From assembly GCA_963770835.1 (NCBI GenBank), contig CAVYRH010000011.1, positions 160,001 through 224,000 of the forward strand: a stretch of 64,000 bases of DNA, read 5' to 3'. Shown in pieces: positions 48,285-58,019 of this stretch. How positions within the stretch are numbered: position 1 is the first letter of the stretch; each line of letters opens with the position of its first letter. Origin of the DNA: an uncultured Pseudomonadota bacterium (GTDB taxonomy: Bacteria; Oederibacteriota; Muellerivitia; Muellerivitales; Muellerivitaceae). A program made the translations under genes and the position numbers. The notes beneath the pieces are model-generated. The model made no database searches. It had not been told where the DNA came from and saw only the letters and a list, made by a program, of their open reading frames with translations.

Positions 48285-49601
48285 TCATGGGGCCACCGCC
48301 ATTTTGTCGAAAATATCCCTGTCCGCCTCTTTGGCGTTGGCCAAAAGAAGCCTTTGGGGATCGGCCTCCGGGTCCAAAAGAACCTCTTGGAGGGGATCTT
48401 GGTCCAAAAGATCCCGCACTTGGGGCCAACCGTTGACATGCGGTTCTACCCGGGCCGTGTCGATGGCGCTTTGGACTCTCTGGAATTCGGGCACATTGGC
48501 GATACTGGCCGTGGAGCTGAATGCCCCGGCGTAAATAACCATCTTCAATTCATGCATGCGGGTCCATTTCCAGAGTTGGTATGCTGGATCCATCTCAAAA
48601 GCGATCCATTTCCAAGCAGCTTCCTTTTTTTCCGGCGTCGTGGCCGCGTTGATGACGTAAATATCCCCGCTCAAATGGGCCGCCCGGATGCCTGTAGGGC
48701 CGGCGGGCAGGGGCGCGATGCCGAAAGTGGCGGGATCAATTTTGTACCGGCTGATCAAGGCGGGCAGCTGGTTCTCCGTCCCCAGGATCATGGCCACCTT
48801 GCCCAGGGCGAACAAATGAAGCAGTTCGGTTTCGGGCATCAGTACGTCGGGCTGAAGAACGTTATATTTCCACCGCAATGATTTCCAGAAATTAAGGGCC
48901 GCCACGGCCTGTGGCCCCTCGAAGGCCGCTTGGGGACGCCCCGCCGGGCCTGACTGGATCATGTCGCCCCCGGCTTGCCAAACAAAGTCCTGGAAGTACC
49001 AGGTTTTGGGAACCAGTCCCAGGCCATATTGGCCCTGGTCCCGATGGGTTAAAGCGCGCGCATCCGTCACCAACTCGTCCCATGTGGCCGGTGGATTCTC
49101 GGGGTTCAAGCCGGCTTTGGTGAAGAGATCTCTCCGGTAAAGCAAAAAAAGGAAAAAGCTGTCGGCGGGGACCCCGTAATGGGAGTCGCCAATCTTTGTG
49201 CTGTCCATCAGTACCGGTTTGATGAAATCCCGCTGGGCCCAATCCTTCATGTAGGAATCTACCGGCTGCAAAAAGCCAAGGTTGGCGAGAGTTTGAATGG
49301 CGCCCACCCAGACCTTTACCACGTCTGGACCCTTCCCCCCGGCCATAACCGTGACGAATTCCTCCGGTTGGTATTCCCTTTCCACACCCTCGATCTTGAT
49401 GTCCGGGTTGTCCTTTTCGAACTTGGCCACCGATTCTTCCCAGATTTGGCGGTCCAGCGGCAGGGATTTGGGTGGAACGTCCCAGAGGCTAAGGTGGGTG
49501 ATGGTTTGATCTTGGAGGTTTTTTTGGTTTTGTTGCACCAGGAATTGGCTCAGGCCGAAAACGAGAACGGCCAAAAGAAAAAGAAGGAAAAGATTTTTCA
49601 T
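48285..49601 (-). CDS. Sugar ABC transporter substrate-binding protein
   Basis: FEK.NPDIKI, G.GPDV, YGVP, YR.DLF.KAGL.PE.PP.TWDEL, F..GK.AM, AWKWI.F. Confidence 0.92.
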   Translation of the reverse strand: MKNLFLLFLLAVLVFGLSQFLVQQNQKNLQDQTITHLSLWDVPPKSLPLDRQIWEESVAKFEKDNPDIKIEGVEREYQPEEFVTVMAGGKGPDVVKVWVGAIQTLANLGFLQPVDSYMKDWAQRDFIKPVLMDSTKIGDSHYGVPADSFFLFLLYRRDLFTKAGLNPENPPATWDELVTDARALTHRDQGQYGLGLVPKTWYFQDFVWQAGGDMIQSGPAGRPQAAFEGPQAVAALNFWKSLRWKYNVLQPDVLMPETELLHLFALGKVAMILGTENQLPALISRYKIDPATFGIAPLPAGPTGIRAAHLSGDIYVINAATTPEKKEAAWKWIAFEMDPAYQLWKWTRMHELKMVIYAGAFSSTASIANVPEFQRVQSAIDTARVEPHVNGWPQVRDLLDQDPLQEVLLDPEADPQRLLLANAKEADRDIFDKMAVAP

Positions 49602-49698
49602 GCGCTCGAATGGACCCTCGAATGAATGACTTTTGGCTATCTTAACAAATTTAAAGGCGGTTTGGAAAAGGGTTTCGCGGGGATTTCAACGCCTCTTC

Positions 49699-52098
49699 TT
49701 AGGGAAGCGTCATCAAGGTAATGACGGCACGGCGCTGGGGATCCTCGGTCACAGCACTAGGGGAGCTTTTCAGGGGTTCAAGGTCGGCATAACCCACCGC
49801 GAAAATGTTGTTATCGGAAATGCCGAGGACTTTCATCAAATATTTTTTAACTTCCAGGGCCCGTGCGTGGGACAAGGATAGGTCGTCCCCCTTCTCAGTC
49901 GGAGAAGTATAACCCTTTATAATCAATACGCTCTTGTTCAGGTAAGGCTTGATGGAGACCGAAGATTTCTCAATTTCTTTTTTGGCCGAATCCGTCAATT
50001 CGGAACTCATTGCGTCGAAATAAACCGTCGTTAAATTAAGGGTCATTTGTTCCTGCCCGGAGGGAGGATGATAATCAACCTGCACGGCGATCGGGTCGGC
50101 GGTACTAGTGTTGCCGGCCTTGTCCGTGGCCGAAAAGACCGCCGTCACGAAACTTCCTGGCCCCACCACTTGTCCCTGGTCGGTCTTTCCATCCCATGCC
50201 ATGTCGGCCGGTGGCGGGCCAGAGGTTCCGAAGTTCCGGAGGGCTTTCCCATTTTCATCCTTAAGAGCCAGGTTCCATTGGGAGAACCCCACCCTGTCCG
50301 CTGCATTGAGATCGAAGTGAAAAGGCTTGCTGGCGCTGAAATCGGCCCAACGGTCCCGACCCTTGAGGGCCAGTTCCGGAGGCGTATTATTGAGGAAAAC
50401 CTGAAGAGCGTCCGTTTTCAGCGGGTTCCCGGCCTTATCCTGGGCGATTAAAAGACACAGGTAAGTTCCATCCCCGGCTTTATCGCCGTCCAAATTACTC
50501 CCATCCCACTTGATTGTCTTTGGAAGGCGAGCCTGTCCTTCTTTCTCAAAAACTACTTTGTTGGTAGAAGCATCGCTAATTTCGAAGTCCCAGCTTTGTA
50601 CCTCCGGCGATCCCCCCGCATTGACATTGAAACTAATGCCGCCCTTCCCCTTTTTCGTGGGATGGGTTGAAAAATAAACGTCCGCCGTCTGGAGTTCAAA
50701 ATGAGACCGTGGAGCGAGTATCTCGACGGTTTCGAAGTCATCGGAAAGCATTTCGTTTTTCTTGCTAAAGGTTTTGAGGGCGATCCGGTATTTGCCCTCC
50801 GGGACTTCTTTTCCCGACTCATTCAAACCATCCCAGGCGAAGGAAGGCGCCAAAGGACCCGTGCCGGCGAAGCGGCGGATGGTGCTTTGGTCGGCAGCTT
50901 GAATGCTCACCATCCAACGGGTGACATCGGAGGAGTTATCTCCTGGGAAGGAAATAGTGGTTATTTTTTGCTTCCCGGCTGGGGAGAAGACAGAAGGATC
51001 CGGTTGGATGACCATTTTCCGCAGGGGCACACCAGAAACCGGTTTCCCTGTATTGGCCGGGGGTTCGATCAGGTTCGTCAGGTTGCCGATATTGATTTCA
51101 GAAGAGGTGGAAGGCGACGGCGCATTTTCCGCCGCGTTTTCCTTCTTGCCACCCTCCTCAAACTGCCAAATGAATGATAAAAAGTGAATTGATTCCGAAC
51201 CATTGGCCGCAGCACGGAAAGCATAACTGATTTCATAGGGCTGACTGGGATGGTATCCCGCGCCGATGGAAAAATAGCCGTCGTTCCCGAACAAGTCGTC
51301 ATATCCGGCGCGAACCGAATAAAACCGGTCGTTGAAAAACCTCTCAGCGCCAAGGCGAAGCCGGTTGTGCATTCCCGTGTATTGGAGGGTTTGGTCGACA
51401 ATGTCGTAATCCACCTCAACGCGGGCATCTTGGATTTTTTGATAGGCGGCACCCAACACGAAGGTCCTTGTGACCGGCTGTTCCTGGGTGTCATTAAAGC
51501 GGATTTCGGTGTTGATATCTTTGGCGGCCAAACCAAAAGAAGCAATAGTTCCCTCCGGTCCTCGAAGGTCATAGGCTAATCCCAAATCCAAGCCCAAACC
51601 TTCCCCACCTTCAATGGTTCCACCGGTTTCGGTGGACAAAGCCAGGTATTTAAAGTTTAGGCCCAAGAAAAAATCCCTGGCTGAATTCAACGGAAGGGCC
51701 ACCGACCCGATATAGGTTGTGCTGGAAGTGGGCGAATGGGGGAAATCCGAGAGTTGGGAAAGGGCAAAAACTGTTCCGTCTGGGAAAGGGTATAAAACCG
51801 CCGTGTCAAATTGGAAATCCGTTGCGGATGGGTTAAAACCAAGGCCAAACTGTGCCATCGGGAGGGTGGCCCGGGCGACCCCAGCCGGATTCCATTCAAT
51901 GGCGTGAGTTCCGCCTGCAATGGCCGCTACCGCATCCCCCATCCCAATCCCCCAAGCATCTTGTTCCGAACCGGAAGCAAAACTCAAAGCGGGCAGGACA
52001 AAGGCTAAAAAAGAACCAACCCAAAAGCGTTGTAAAAGGCGTAGTAAATGAAAAGGCAACTTCAAACTCCCGCTGAAATAGGCTGGGAAAAGGAACAA
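49699..52098 (-). CDS. Outer-membrane protein: PorV/FadL-like beta-barrel + three FlgD-like Ig repeats + OmpA-like C-terminal domain
   Basis: GMG.A.AA...A..WNPAG barrel signature; three WDG...G..V..G.Y/F repeats; VYF...SS.L...GYT...LS..RA..V..YL...GY....RR. Confidence 0.75.
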   Translation of the reverse strand: MFLFPAYFSGSLKLPFHLLRLLQRFWVGSFLAFVLPALSFASGSEQDAWGIGMGDAVAAIAGGTHAIEWNPAGVARATLPMAQFGLGFNPSATDFQFDTAVLYPFPDGTVFALSQLSDFPHSPTSSTTYIGSVALPLNSARDFFLGLNFKYLALSTETGGTIEGGEGLGLDLGLAYDLRGPEGTIASFGLAAKDINTEIRFNDTQEQPVTRTFVLGAAYQKIQDARVEVDYDIVDQTLQYTGMHNRLRLGAERFFNDRFYSVRAGYDDLFGNDGYFSIGAGYHPSQPYEISYAFRAAANGSESIHFLSFIWQFEEGGKKENAAENAPSPSTSSEINIGNLTNLIEPPANTGKPVSGVPLRKMVIQPDPSVFSPAGKQKITTISFPGDNSSDVTRWMVSIQAADQSTIRRFAGTGPLAPSFAWDGLNESGKEVPEGKYRIALKTFSKKNEMLSDDFETVEILAPRSHFELQTADVYFSTHPTKKGKGGISFNVNAGGSPEVQSWDFEISDASTNKVVFEKEGQARLPKTIKWDGSNLDGDKAGDGTYLCLLIAQDKAGNPLKTDALQVFLNNTPPELALKGRDRWADFSASKPFHFDLNAADRVGFSQWNLALKDENGKALRNFGTSGPPPADMAWDGKTDQGQVVGPGSFVTAVFSATDKAGNTSTADPIAVQVDYHPPSGQEQMTLNLTTVYFDAMSSELTDSAKKEIEKSSVSIKPYLNKSVLIIKGYTSPTEKGDDLSLSHARALEVKKYLMKVLGISDNNIFAVGYADLEPLKSSPSAVTEDPQRRAVITLMTLP

Positions 52099-52163
52099 AT
52101 CCCGTCGTTGGTTAATACTATAAATGATCCCAACGGTGTTAAAAAGTGCTTAGTTTTTGTGGT

Positions 52164-52472
52164 TTAATGCATCCCGGCGATAATATCCCTAAGGGTTCCA
52201 ATAAGGAAAATTCGCAAGAATTGAATGGCTAAAATGGCGAAAACCGGGGATAAATCAATCCCACCGAGTCTCCAGGGGGGTAACAACCTCCGAAAGGGCT
52301 TTAAAAAGGGTTCAGAAATGGCCTGGATGGCCCTTACCAACCCATTGTAAGGATCGGCGTTCACCCAGGATAAAAGCGCCCGAACGATGATCACAACGAT
52401 CAAGGCCCCCAAAAGCCAATCCAAAACGTAGGCGATGGCCCCTAACAAGTTAGCCAATACAAACATATTCAC
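52164..52472 (-). CDS. yggT: YggT family membrane protein
   Basis: RALLSWV..DPYN..V......EP.L.P.RR.LP....GIDLSP. Confidence 0.92.
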   Translation of the reverse strand: MNMFVLANLLGAIAYVLDWLLGALIVVIIVRALLSWVNADPYNGLVRAIQAISEPFLKPFRRLLPPWRLGGIDLSPVFAILAIQFLRIFLIGTLRDIIAGMH

Positions 52473-55066
52473 GCCCCCTTTGATCGGGATGGGGTTAAAA
52501 GGACCCAGGTTCTATCCGAGGCACCCAAGTATTCTCGCGCGGCCTTTCGAACGTCCTGCAGGGTAACCTTTCGGATCTGTTCCGGGAATTTTTCAACCCA
52601 AGGTGCGCCCCAACCCGAAAGCTCGTAACGCGCGTAGGAGCTAACTTGAGAGCGGTTGGACTGAAACCCCACCTGGTATAAGCCGATCATATAGGTTTTC
52701 GCCCTCTTGAGTTCGCCCTCCGTAATTTTTCCTTGCGCGAAGGAATCAAGAACTTTTAACAGTTCTTTTTTAGCTTCCGCCGCTTTTGCCGGTGCGCATC
52801 CCAGGTAAATCTGGTAAATGCCAGCCAGTGCCCCGGCGTCATGGGCCGCAAATACGCTGTAGGCAAGGCTCCTTTTTTCGCGAAGTTCAATAAAAAGCTT
52901 TCCACCCATGCCGTTCAGGAGGGTATTTAAAACCCGGAAAGAAAAATAGCCGGAAGAACTGAAAGATGGCGCGCGAAATCCCAGCACGATATTGGCTTGC
53001 TGGCTATCACTTGGAAGTGTCACGGAACGGGATTCCAAAACATGTTTCAACAGGAACGGAAATTTGCCCTCCCGCTTTATCCCTAAATGGGGGAGGTTTT
53101 TATCCAAGAACACCTTCATTTCGTGCACGTCAAAATCCCCAATGGCAACCCAAGTAAGTGGAAATTTCGATAGGTGAAGATGATGCCATCCACGAACTTC
53201 TTTCGCTGAAAGTCGGCCAAGGGTCTCAACGGTTCCCATCGGCATGTGGGCATAAGGGGTCGAGGTGAAGGATAAAAGATCAGATTGAAGCAATGCATAT
53301 TCAGAGGGATCGTCCTTTAGACGTTCAATAGCGGAAATTTGAAGTTTCTTTTCTTTCTCCACCTCGGTGCTTGAGAAAGCCGGTTCATAAAGGGATTCCA
53401 GCATTAAATCAAAGGCCTTTTCAAAATTAGGTTTGATGACGTCCAACTGCATGCCCCAATAATCCTTTTCCAGTATGGGGTCCAAATGGGCGGCATAGCT
53501 TTCGATTTCATGCGAAAATTGCCCGTGCCCCTTCTTTGTTGTGCCCTTTTGCAGGCACTTGGTCATAAGTGTGGTAATGCCATAGTTATTCTTAGTTTCT
53601 TTCCAAAAGCCGCCCTGCACGAAAGCTCCCAGGGAAACAATAGGGAGGTTTTTGCGTTCCTTGGCCCATAAAACCGAGCCGTTCTTCAGGTGAAAAGTCC
53701 GGATTTTCCCTTGATCTGACCGCGCGCCGGAATGGCCGAAACCTTTTGATTCCATTCCCTTGCGAAGAATCTTCTCCCAATGGGTAGGATCCTTACGGAT
53801 GGGTTGAGCCTTGGGGTGGTAAACCACCAATGTTGCCCTTTGGGGCAGGAGGTATTTGTCACAGGCTCGCCGCAAATCCCCCGCGTCCACCGCATCCAAG
53901 GCTTTGAGGAAGGCTTCTTCCAGTTCATACCCACCTTGAAGCTCCCAAAACCCAAGGCTCTTCGCTTGGCCGTCCATGCTTTGTTTCTCGAAAATCTTAG
54001 AAGCCTTGACCTTGTTTTTGACTTTCGCTAATTCAGCCTCCGGAACGCTCAAAGAGGATATTTTCGTCACTTCCGCCATCATTTCCGACAGGCATTTTTC
54101 GATCCGCGCCGCGTCCGTTAGCGCCTGGAAAACGACGGCTCCCCCGTATTTCCCAGAGAAATACTCGGAAGCAGCCTCATCCGCCGATTGGTTCTTCTCG
54201 CGCAAGGAAAGGTTAAAACGGCTGGCGGCCCCGTCACCCAGGACAGCGGCTAGGACTTCGAGGGCGGCCGAATCCGGGTGCTGGAGGGGTACGGTGGGAA
54301 ACCCAAGGGACAGGTAAATTTGCTGGACATCCCCAGACTCAGTGCGGACCTCAAGCCTTTCTGGTTCCCCATCCGTGGAAAAACGGCGTGGAGGCGCCTT
54401 GCGGCGCCGGATGGACTGAAAATTTTTCTTGGCCCATTCGAGGATTCGTGGCGCAGAAACATTGCCAACGACGGAAATGACCGTGTTTGAGGGGACGTAA
54501 TGGGTACGGTAATAGTCCATCAATTTTTGCCGGGGAATAGTTTTGAGAATTTCCATATCCCCGATGACCGGCCAATGGTAGGGATTGCGCTTGAAAAGCA
54601 TCTTAAAGAGAAGTTCCCAGGACCAGCTCCAGGGATCGTCCCGGCGCATCCGCATTTCCTCAAAAACGACTTCTTTCTCCTTGGTTAGCTCTCCCGCGTC
54701 GAAGGTGGAATGCAGGTAGGCGTCAAACTCGATTTCGAGAGCTTTTTGGATTTGGGAGCTAGGCAAGACGACGTAAAAGCAGGTGTGCTCAAAACTGGTA
54801 AAGGCATTCAGGTAGCCCCCAGCGGCCTCCACTTGGCGGGAGATTTCACCCACACCCCGCTTGGAAGTTCCCTTGAAAATCATGTGCTCGATCAAATGGG
54901 CCATGCCTCGTTCGTCCGGCCGCTCGTCGATGGACCCCGCTTCAATCCAGAGATTGAGTGAAACAACGGGGGTGGAGGGGTTCTCGTTGACTAAAAGAAC
55001 CGCGCCGTTTTTAAGTTTGTACCGGAAAATGCCATCGGCCGCCGGTATGAGTTTGGGATTGGTCAT
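52469..55066 (-). CDS. M16 (pitrilysin/insulinase-family) zinc peptidase, two-half fusion
   Basis: GS.DE...G.AHLIEHMIFKGT (HxxEH), NAFT, EKEVV.EE; the second half lacks the motif; LREKR.LAY. Confidence 0.93.
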   Translation of the reverse strand: MTNPKLIPAADGIFRYKLKNGAVLLVNENPSTPVVSLNLWIEAGSIDERPDERGMAHLIEHMIFKGTSKRGVGEISRQVEAAGGYLNAFTSFEHTCFYVVLPSSQIQKALEIEFDAYLHSTFDAGELTKEKEVVFEEMRMRRDDPWSWSWELLFKMLFKRNPYHWPVIGDMEILKTIPRQKLMDYYRTHYVPSNTVISVVGNVSAPRILEWAKKNFQSIRRRKAPPRRFSTDGEPERLEVRTESGDVQQIYLSLGFPTVPLQHPDSAALEVLAAVLGDGAASRFNLSLREKNQSADEAASEYFSGKYGGAVVFQALTDAARIEKCLSEMMAEVTKISSLSVPEAELAKVKNKVKASKIFEKQSMDGQAKSLGFWELQGGYELEEAFLKALDAVDAGDLRRACDKYLLPQRATLVVYHPKAQPIRKDPTHWEKILRKGMESKGFGHSGARSDQGKIRTFHLKNGSVLWAKERKNLPIVSLGAFVQGGFWKETKNNYGITTLMTKCLQKGTTKKGHGQFSHEIESYAAHLDPILEKDYWGMQLDVIKPNFEKAFDLMLESLYEPAFSSTEVEKEKKLQISAIERLKDDPSEYALLQSDLLSFTSTPYAHMPMGTVETLGRLSAKEVRGWHHLHLSKFPLTWVAIGDFDVHEMKVFLDKNLPHLGIKREGKFPFLLKHVLESRSVTLPSDSQQANIVLGFRAPSFSSSGYFSFRVLNTLLNGMGGKLFIELREKRSLAYSVFAAHDAGALAGIYQIYLGCAPAKAAEAKKELLKVLDSFAQGKITEGELKRAKTYMIGLYQVGFQSNRSQVSSYARYELSGWGAPWVEKFPEQIRKVTLQDVRKAAREYLGASDRTWVLLTPSRSKGA

Positions 55067-55081
55067 TTGTGGGAGCCTGGG

Positions 55082-55120
55082 AAAAAAGATGGCCTCTTAA
55101 ATGGTTAGGGGCCATCTTTA
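55082..55120 (-). terminator. Rho-independent terminator after tRNA-Leu
   Basis: AAGATGGCC...GGCCATCTT inverted repeat followed by T6 on the minus strand. Confidence 0.8.
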
Positions 55121-55141
55121 TTAATTTTTAAAAATGAGAGA

Positions 55142-55228
55142 TGGTGCGGAAGGGGGGAGTTGAACCCCCATGAGGTTGCCCCCGCTAGCACCTGAAGCTA
55201 GTGCGTCTGCCAGTTTCGCCACTTCCGC
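55142..55228 (-). tRNA. tRNA-Leu (CAG)
   Basis: GCGGAAG/CTTCCGC acceptor stem, CTAGC-TTCAGGT-GCTAG anticodon arm, long variable arm, GGTTCAACTCC, encoded CCA. Confidence 0.95.
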
Positions 55229-55335
55229 ATGGGCCGTCTGTACCAATTACTATTCCGGAGATTGATACCGTGCGATCCGCCCTTTTTAAAAGGAACGTCG
55301 CATAATCTTGAAGGGCTTGTTTCAAGAAGAGGCGT

Positions 55336-55364
55336 AGTATAAAGTAGCCTCTAAACCCTGTCAA
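55336..55364 (-). promoter_or_regulatory. Near-consensus sigma-70 promoter for tRNA-Leu
   Basis: TTGACA-N17-TATACT on the minus strand. Confidence 0.8.
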
Positions 55365-55503
55365 GCAACGGGCTTCCGGCAGTCATTGTTGAAGGAAATG
55401 GATCATCCAGTCCCGCTTATCAGCCGAAAAGCCGTTCATCAATAAAAAATCCCCCTGCGTTTAACTGGAATGCTCCTACTCAAAAATTAATAAAGGAAAA
55501 ATT

Positions 55504-57543
55504 GTGTCTAAAAAACAGCGACATCAGCGAAATCAAAAGTCAAAAAAGTCCAAGGACCACTTTCATCGGGATGCCCCTTCGAAAAGCCATGAGGCCGTCC
55601 AAAAACATGGAAAAAAAAACCCCGTCCACGATCCCTCCGCCCGTGAACTTATCGGAAAGGTACAGGCCAATGAGAAAGGATTCGGTTTTTTTATCCCAGA
55701 GGACGGCTCGCCAGATGCTTTCGTCCCCCCACGTGAAATGCGCGGGATATTGAACGGGGATACGGTTAAAGCCAAAGTTGGAAAGGATTCATTTAAAGAG
55801 GGTAAGTTTTCCGCCACGATTATCTCTATTGTGAAGCGGGCCCACGAGGAAATGGTTGGCACCGTCTTGAAGGAACGCGGCGAACTTTACTTGAAAGCCG
55901 ATGATTTCCGGGTGACCCAACCGATTCATTTGGGCCGGGGTTCCTTGAAAGCCCAAGCAGGCCAAAAAGCTGTGGTGAAGATCACCAAATGGCCCGGTAA
56001 CGGCCCAATGGAAGGCCAATTGGTCGAAATCCTGGGATTTCCCGACGACCCGGGAGTGGACATCAAATCCGTCATCCGAAAATACCAATGGCCGGACTTC
56101 TTCCCCAAGCCGGTAGAATCCCAGGTGGCGGGTTTACCCGAGAACCCGGGCGAGGCCGATTGGCAGGGACGGCTGGATCTCCGGAAAATGCTGGTCATGA
56201 CCATCGACGGGGCCGATGCGAAGGATTTTGACGACGCCATTTCATTGGAAGTCAGCTCGGCCGGCAATTACCAGTTAGGGGTGCATATCGCGGATGTGTC
56301 CCATTATGTAAAAGAAGGCACCCCCTTAAATGAGGAAGCCCAGGACCGGGCCACCAGCCTTTACTTGGCGGACCGGGTCCTTCCCATGCTTCCCCATTCC
56401 CTATCGGACGGCTTATGTTCCTTAAGGGAGGGTGTTCCCCGCCTGACCTTGAGCGCATTCCTGACCTACAGTCCCAAAGGGCAATTCATCAAGGCGGGAT
56501 TCGCCCAGTCCGTCATCCAAAGCCGCTGCCGCGGCATTTATGAGGAAGTCCAACAATTCCTGGACGGAACGGGTTCCCCTCAGATCAATACCAAATATGC
56601 CTCTTTTAAAATGGCATTGGTGGATATGGTGAAAGTCGCCAAGTTTATCCGCAAGCAACGCGAGGCCAGCGGTTCCCTGGATTTCGATTTCCCCGAAGTT
56701 CGGGCCGTTATCGAAAATGGGAAGGTGGTGGATGTCCGCAAGAAAGACCGCCTGGAAACGCACCGTTTGATCGAGGATTTCATGGTTGCGGCCAATGAAG
56801 CCGTGGCTACCCATCTGGAGAGCTTGAAAATACCTGCAGTTTACCGCATCCATGAACCGCCTGACCAAAGCGACGTGGAAGAACTAATGACTTTCCTAGG
56901 GGCCTACCACATCCCCTTCAAGGGCCTGGATCTCACGACTCCCATCGGCCTTCAAACCCTCTTAAAATCCGTGAAAGGCGGCCCCTTCGAAGCGGTGGTA
57001 TCCAACCTGGCACTCCGGTCCCTCAAGCTGGCCGTTTATTCCACCCACAACGCCGGCCATTTCGGGTTGGCCTTGAAATCGTACTGCCATTTCACATCTC
57101 CCATCCGCCGCTTTCCGGACCTGATGGTCCACCGGGCCTTGAAAAAAGCCCTCCAGGCGGAAAAAATCATGGGACAAGCCAGACCTCTGGAAAAAATCGC
57201 CCTGCACAGCAGCGAGCAGGAACGTTTGGCTGAGAAAGCCGAACGGGAAAGTCAAAAAATCCTCCAATTACGATTCATGGAAAATAAGGTCAGCCAAAAC
57301 TTCGAGGGTCCTGTGCGGCACCTGACGCCTTACGGCGCCTATGTGGAGCTGAACCCCTACGGCGTTGAAGGCTTTCTACCGTTGGAAAATATAAAGGATG
57401 ATCTCTACCTGCTGGATGCTCCCGCTTTGGTATTAAGGGGCAAAAAAGGATCAAAAATCCAATTGGGCGACATCCTTAGGGTCCAGGTCTTGAGTGTTGA
57501 TATGGTTTTCCAACGACTGCTTCTGGCGAGGGTTTATGGCTGA
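55504..57543 (+). CDS. rnr: Ribonuclease R
   Basis: [45 protein letters not shown]...[13 protein letters not shown]-terminal S1; rnr-smpB synteny. Confidence 0.95.
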   Translation: MSKKQRHQRNQKSKKSKDHFHRDAPSKSHEAVQKHGKKNPVHDPSARELIGKVQANEKGFGFFIPEDGSPDAFVPPREMRGILNGDTVKAKVGKDSFKEGKFSATIISIVKRAHEEMVGTVLKERGELYLKADDFRVTQPIHLGRGSLKAQAGQKAVVKITKWPGNGPMEGQLVEILGFPDDPGVDIKSVIRKYQWPDFFPKPVESQVAGLPENPGEADWQGRLDLRKMLVMTIDGADAKDFDDAISLEVSSAGNYQLGVHIADVSHYVKEGTPLNEEAQDRATSLYLADRVLPMLPHSLSDGLCSLREGVPRLTLSAFLTYSPKGQFIKAGFAQSVIQSRCRGIYEEVQQFLDGTGSPQINTKYASFKMALVDMVKVAKFIRKQREASGSLDFDFPEVRAVIENGKVVDVRKKDRLETHRLIEDFMVAANEAVATHLESLKIPAVYRIHEPPDQSDVEELMTFLGAYHIPFKGLDLTTPIGLQTLLKSVKGGPFEAVVSNLALRSLKLAVYSTHNAGHFGLALKSYCHFTSPIRRFPDLMVHRALKKALQAEKIMGQARPLEKIALHSSEQERLAEKAERESQKILQLRFMENKVSQNFEGPVRHLTPYGAYVELNPYGVEGFLPLENIKDDLYLLDAPALVLRGKKGSKIQLGDILRVQVLSVDMVFQRLLLARVYG

Positions 57544-58000
57544 ACGGGCCCCTTCCCTTCAAAACAGGAAGGCTTTTCACGACTATTTTGTCCTTGAAAG
57601 CCTGGAGGCCGGCATCGCCTTGGCCGGTTGCGAAGTGAAATCCATCCGGAACGGGAAAGCCAACCTCCAGGACAGCTTCGCCCGTGTCGAAAAAGGGGAA
57701 ATATTCCTCTATGGGATGCATATCTCGCCTTACGAGCAGGGCAACCGCTACAATCCCGACCCGACGCGGACCCGAAAACTTTTGTTAAACCGCAGTGAAA
57801 TCAACAAACTCGCCGCACGGATCCACGAAAAGGGCCTGACTCTAGTCCCGGTCAAGCTTTACTTCAAAAGCGGCAAGGTGAAGATCCAGTTGGCCCTTGC
57901 CAAGGGGAAAAACGTCCAGGACAAACGCGAAAAGTTGAAGGAAAAGGAAGCAACCCGGGACATTGAACGGGCGCTTCGAAGTAAGCACCGGATACTCTAA
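57536..58000 (+). CDS. smpB: SsrA-binding protein
   Basis: [33 protein letters not shown]...DKR. ATG at 57536 overlaps the end of rnr. Confidence 0.97.
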   Translation: MAERAPSLQNRKAFHDYFVLESLEAGIALAGCEVKSIRNGKANLQDSFARVEKGEIFLYGMHISPYEQGNRYNPDPTRTRKLLLNRSEINKLAARIHEKGLTLVPVKLYFKSGKVKIQLALAKGKNVQDKREKLKEKEATRDIERALRSKHRIL

Positions 58001-58019
58001 AAGCCTGCAGGAGACCAAT

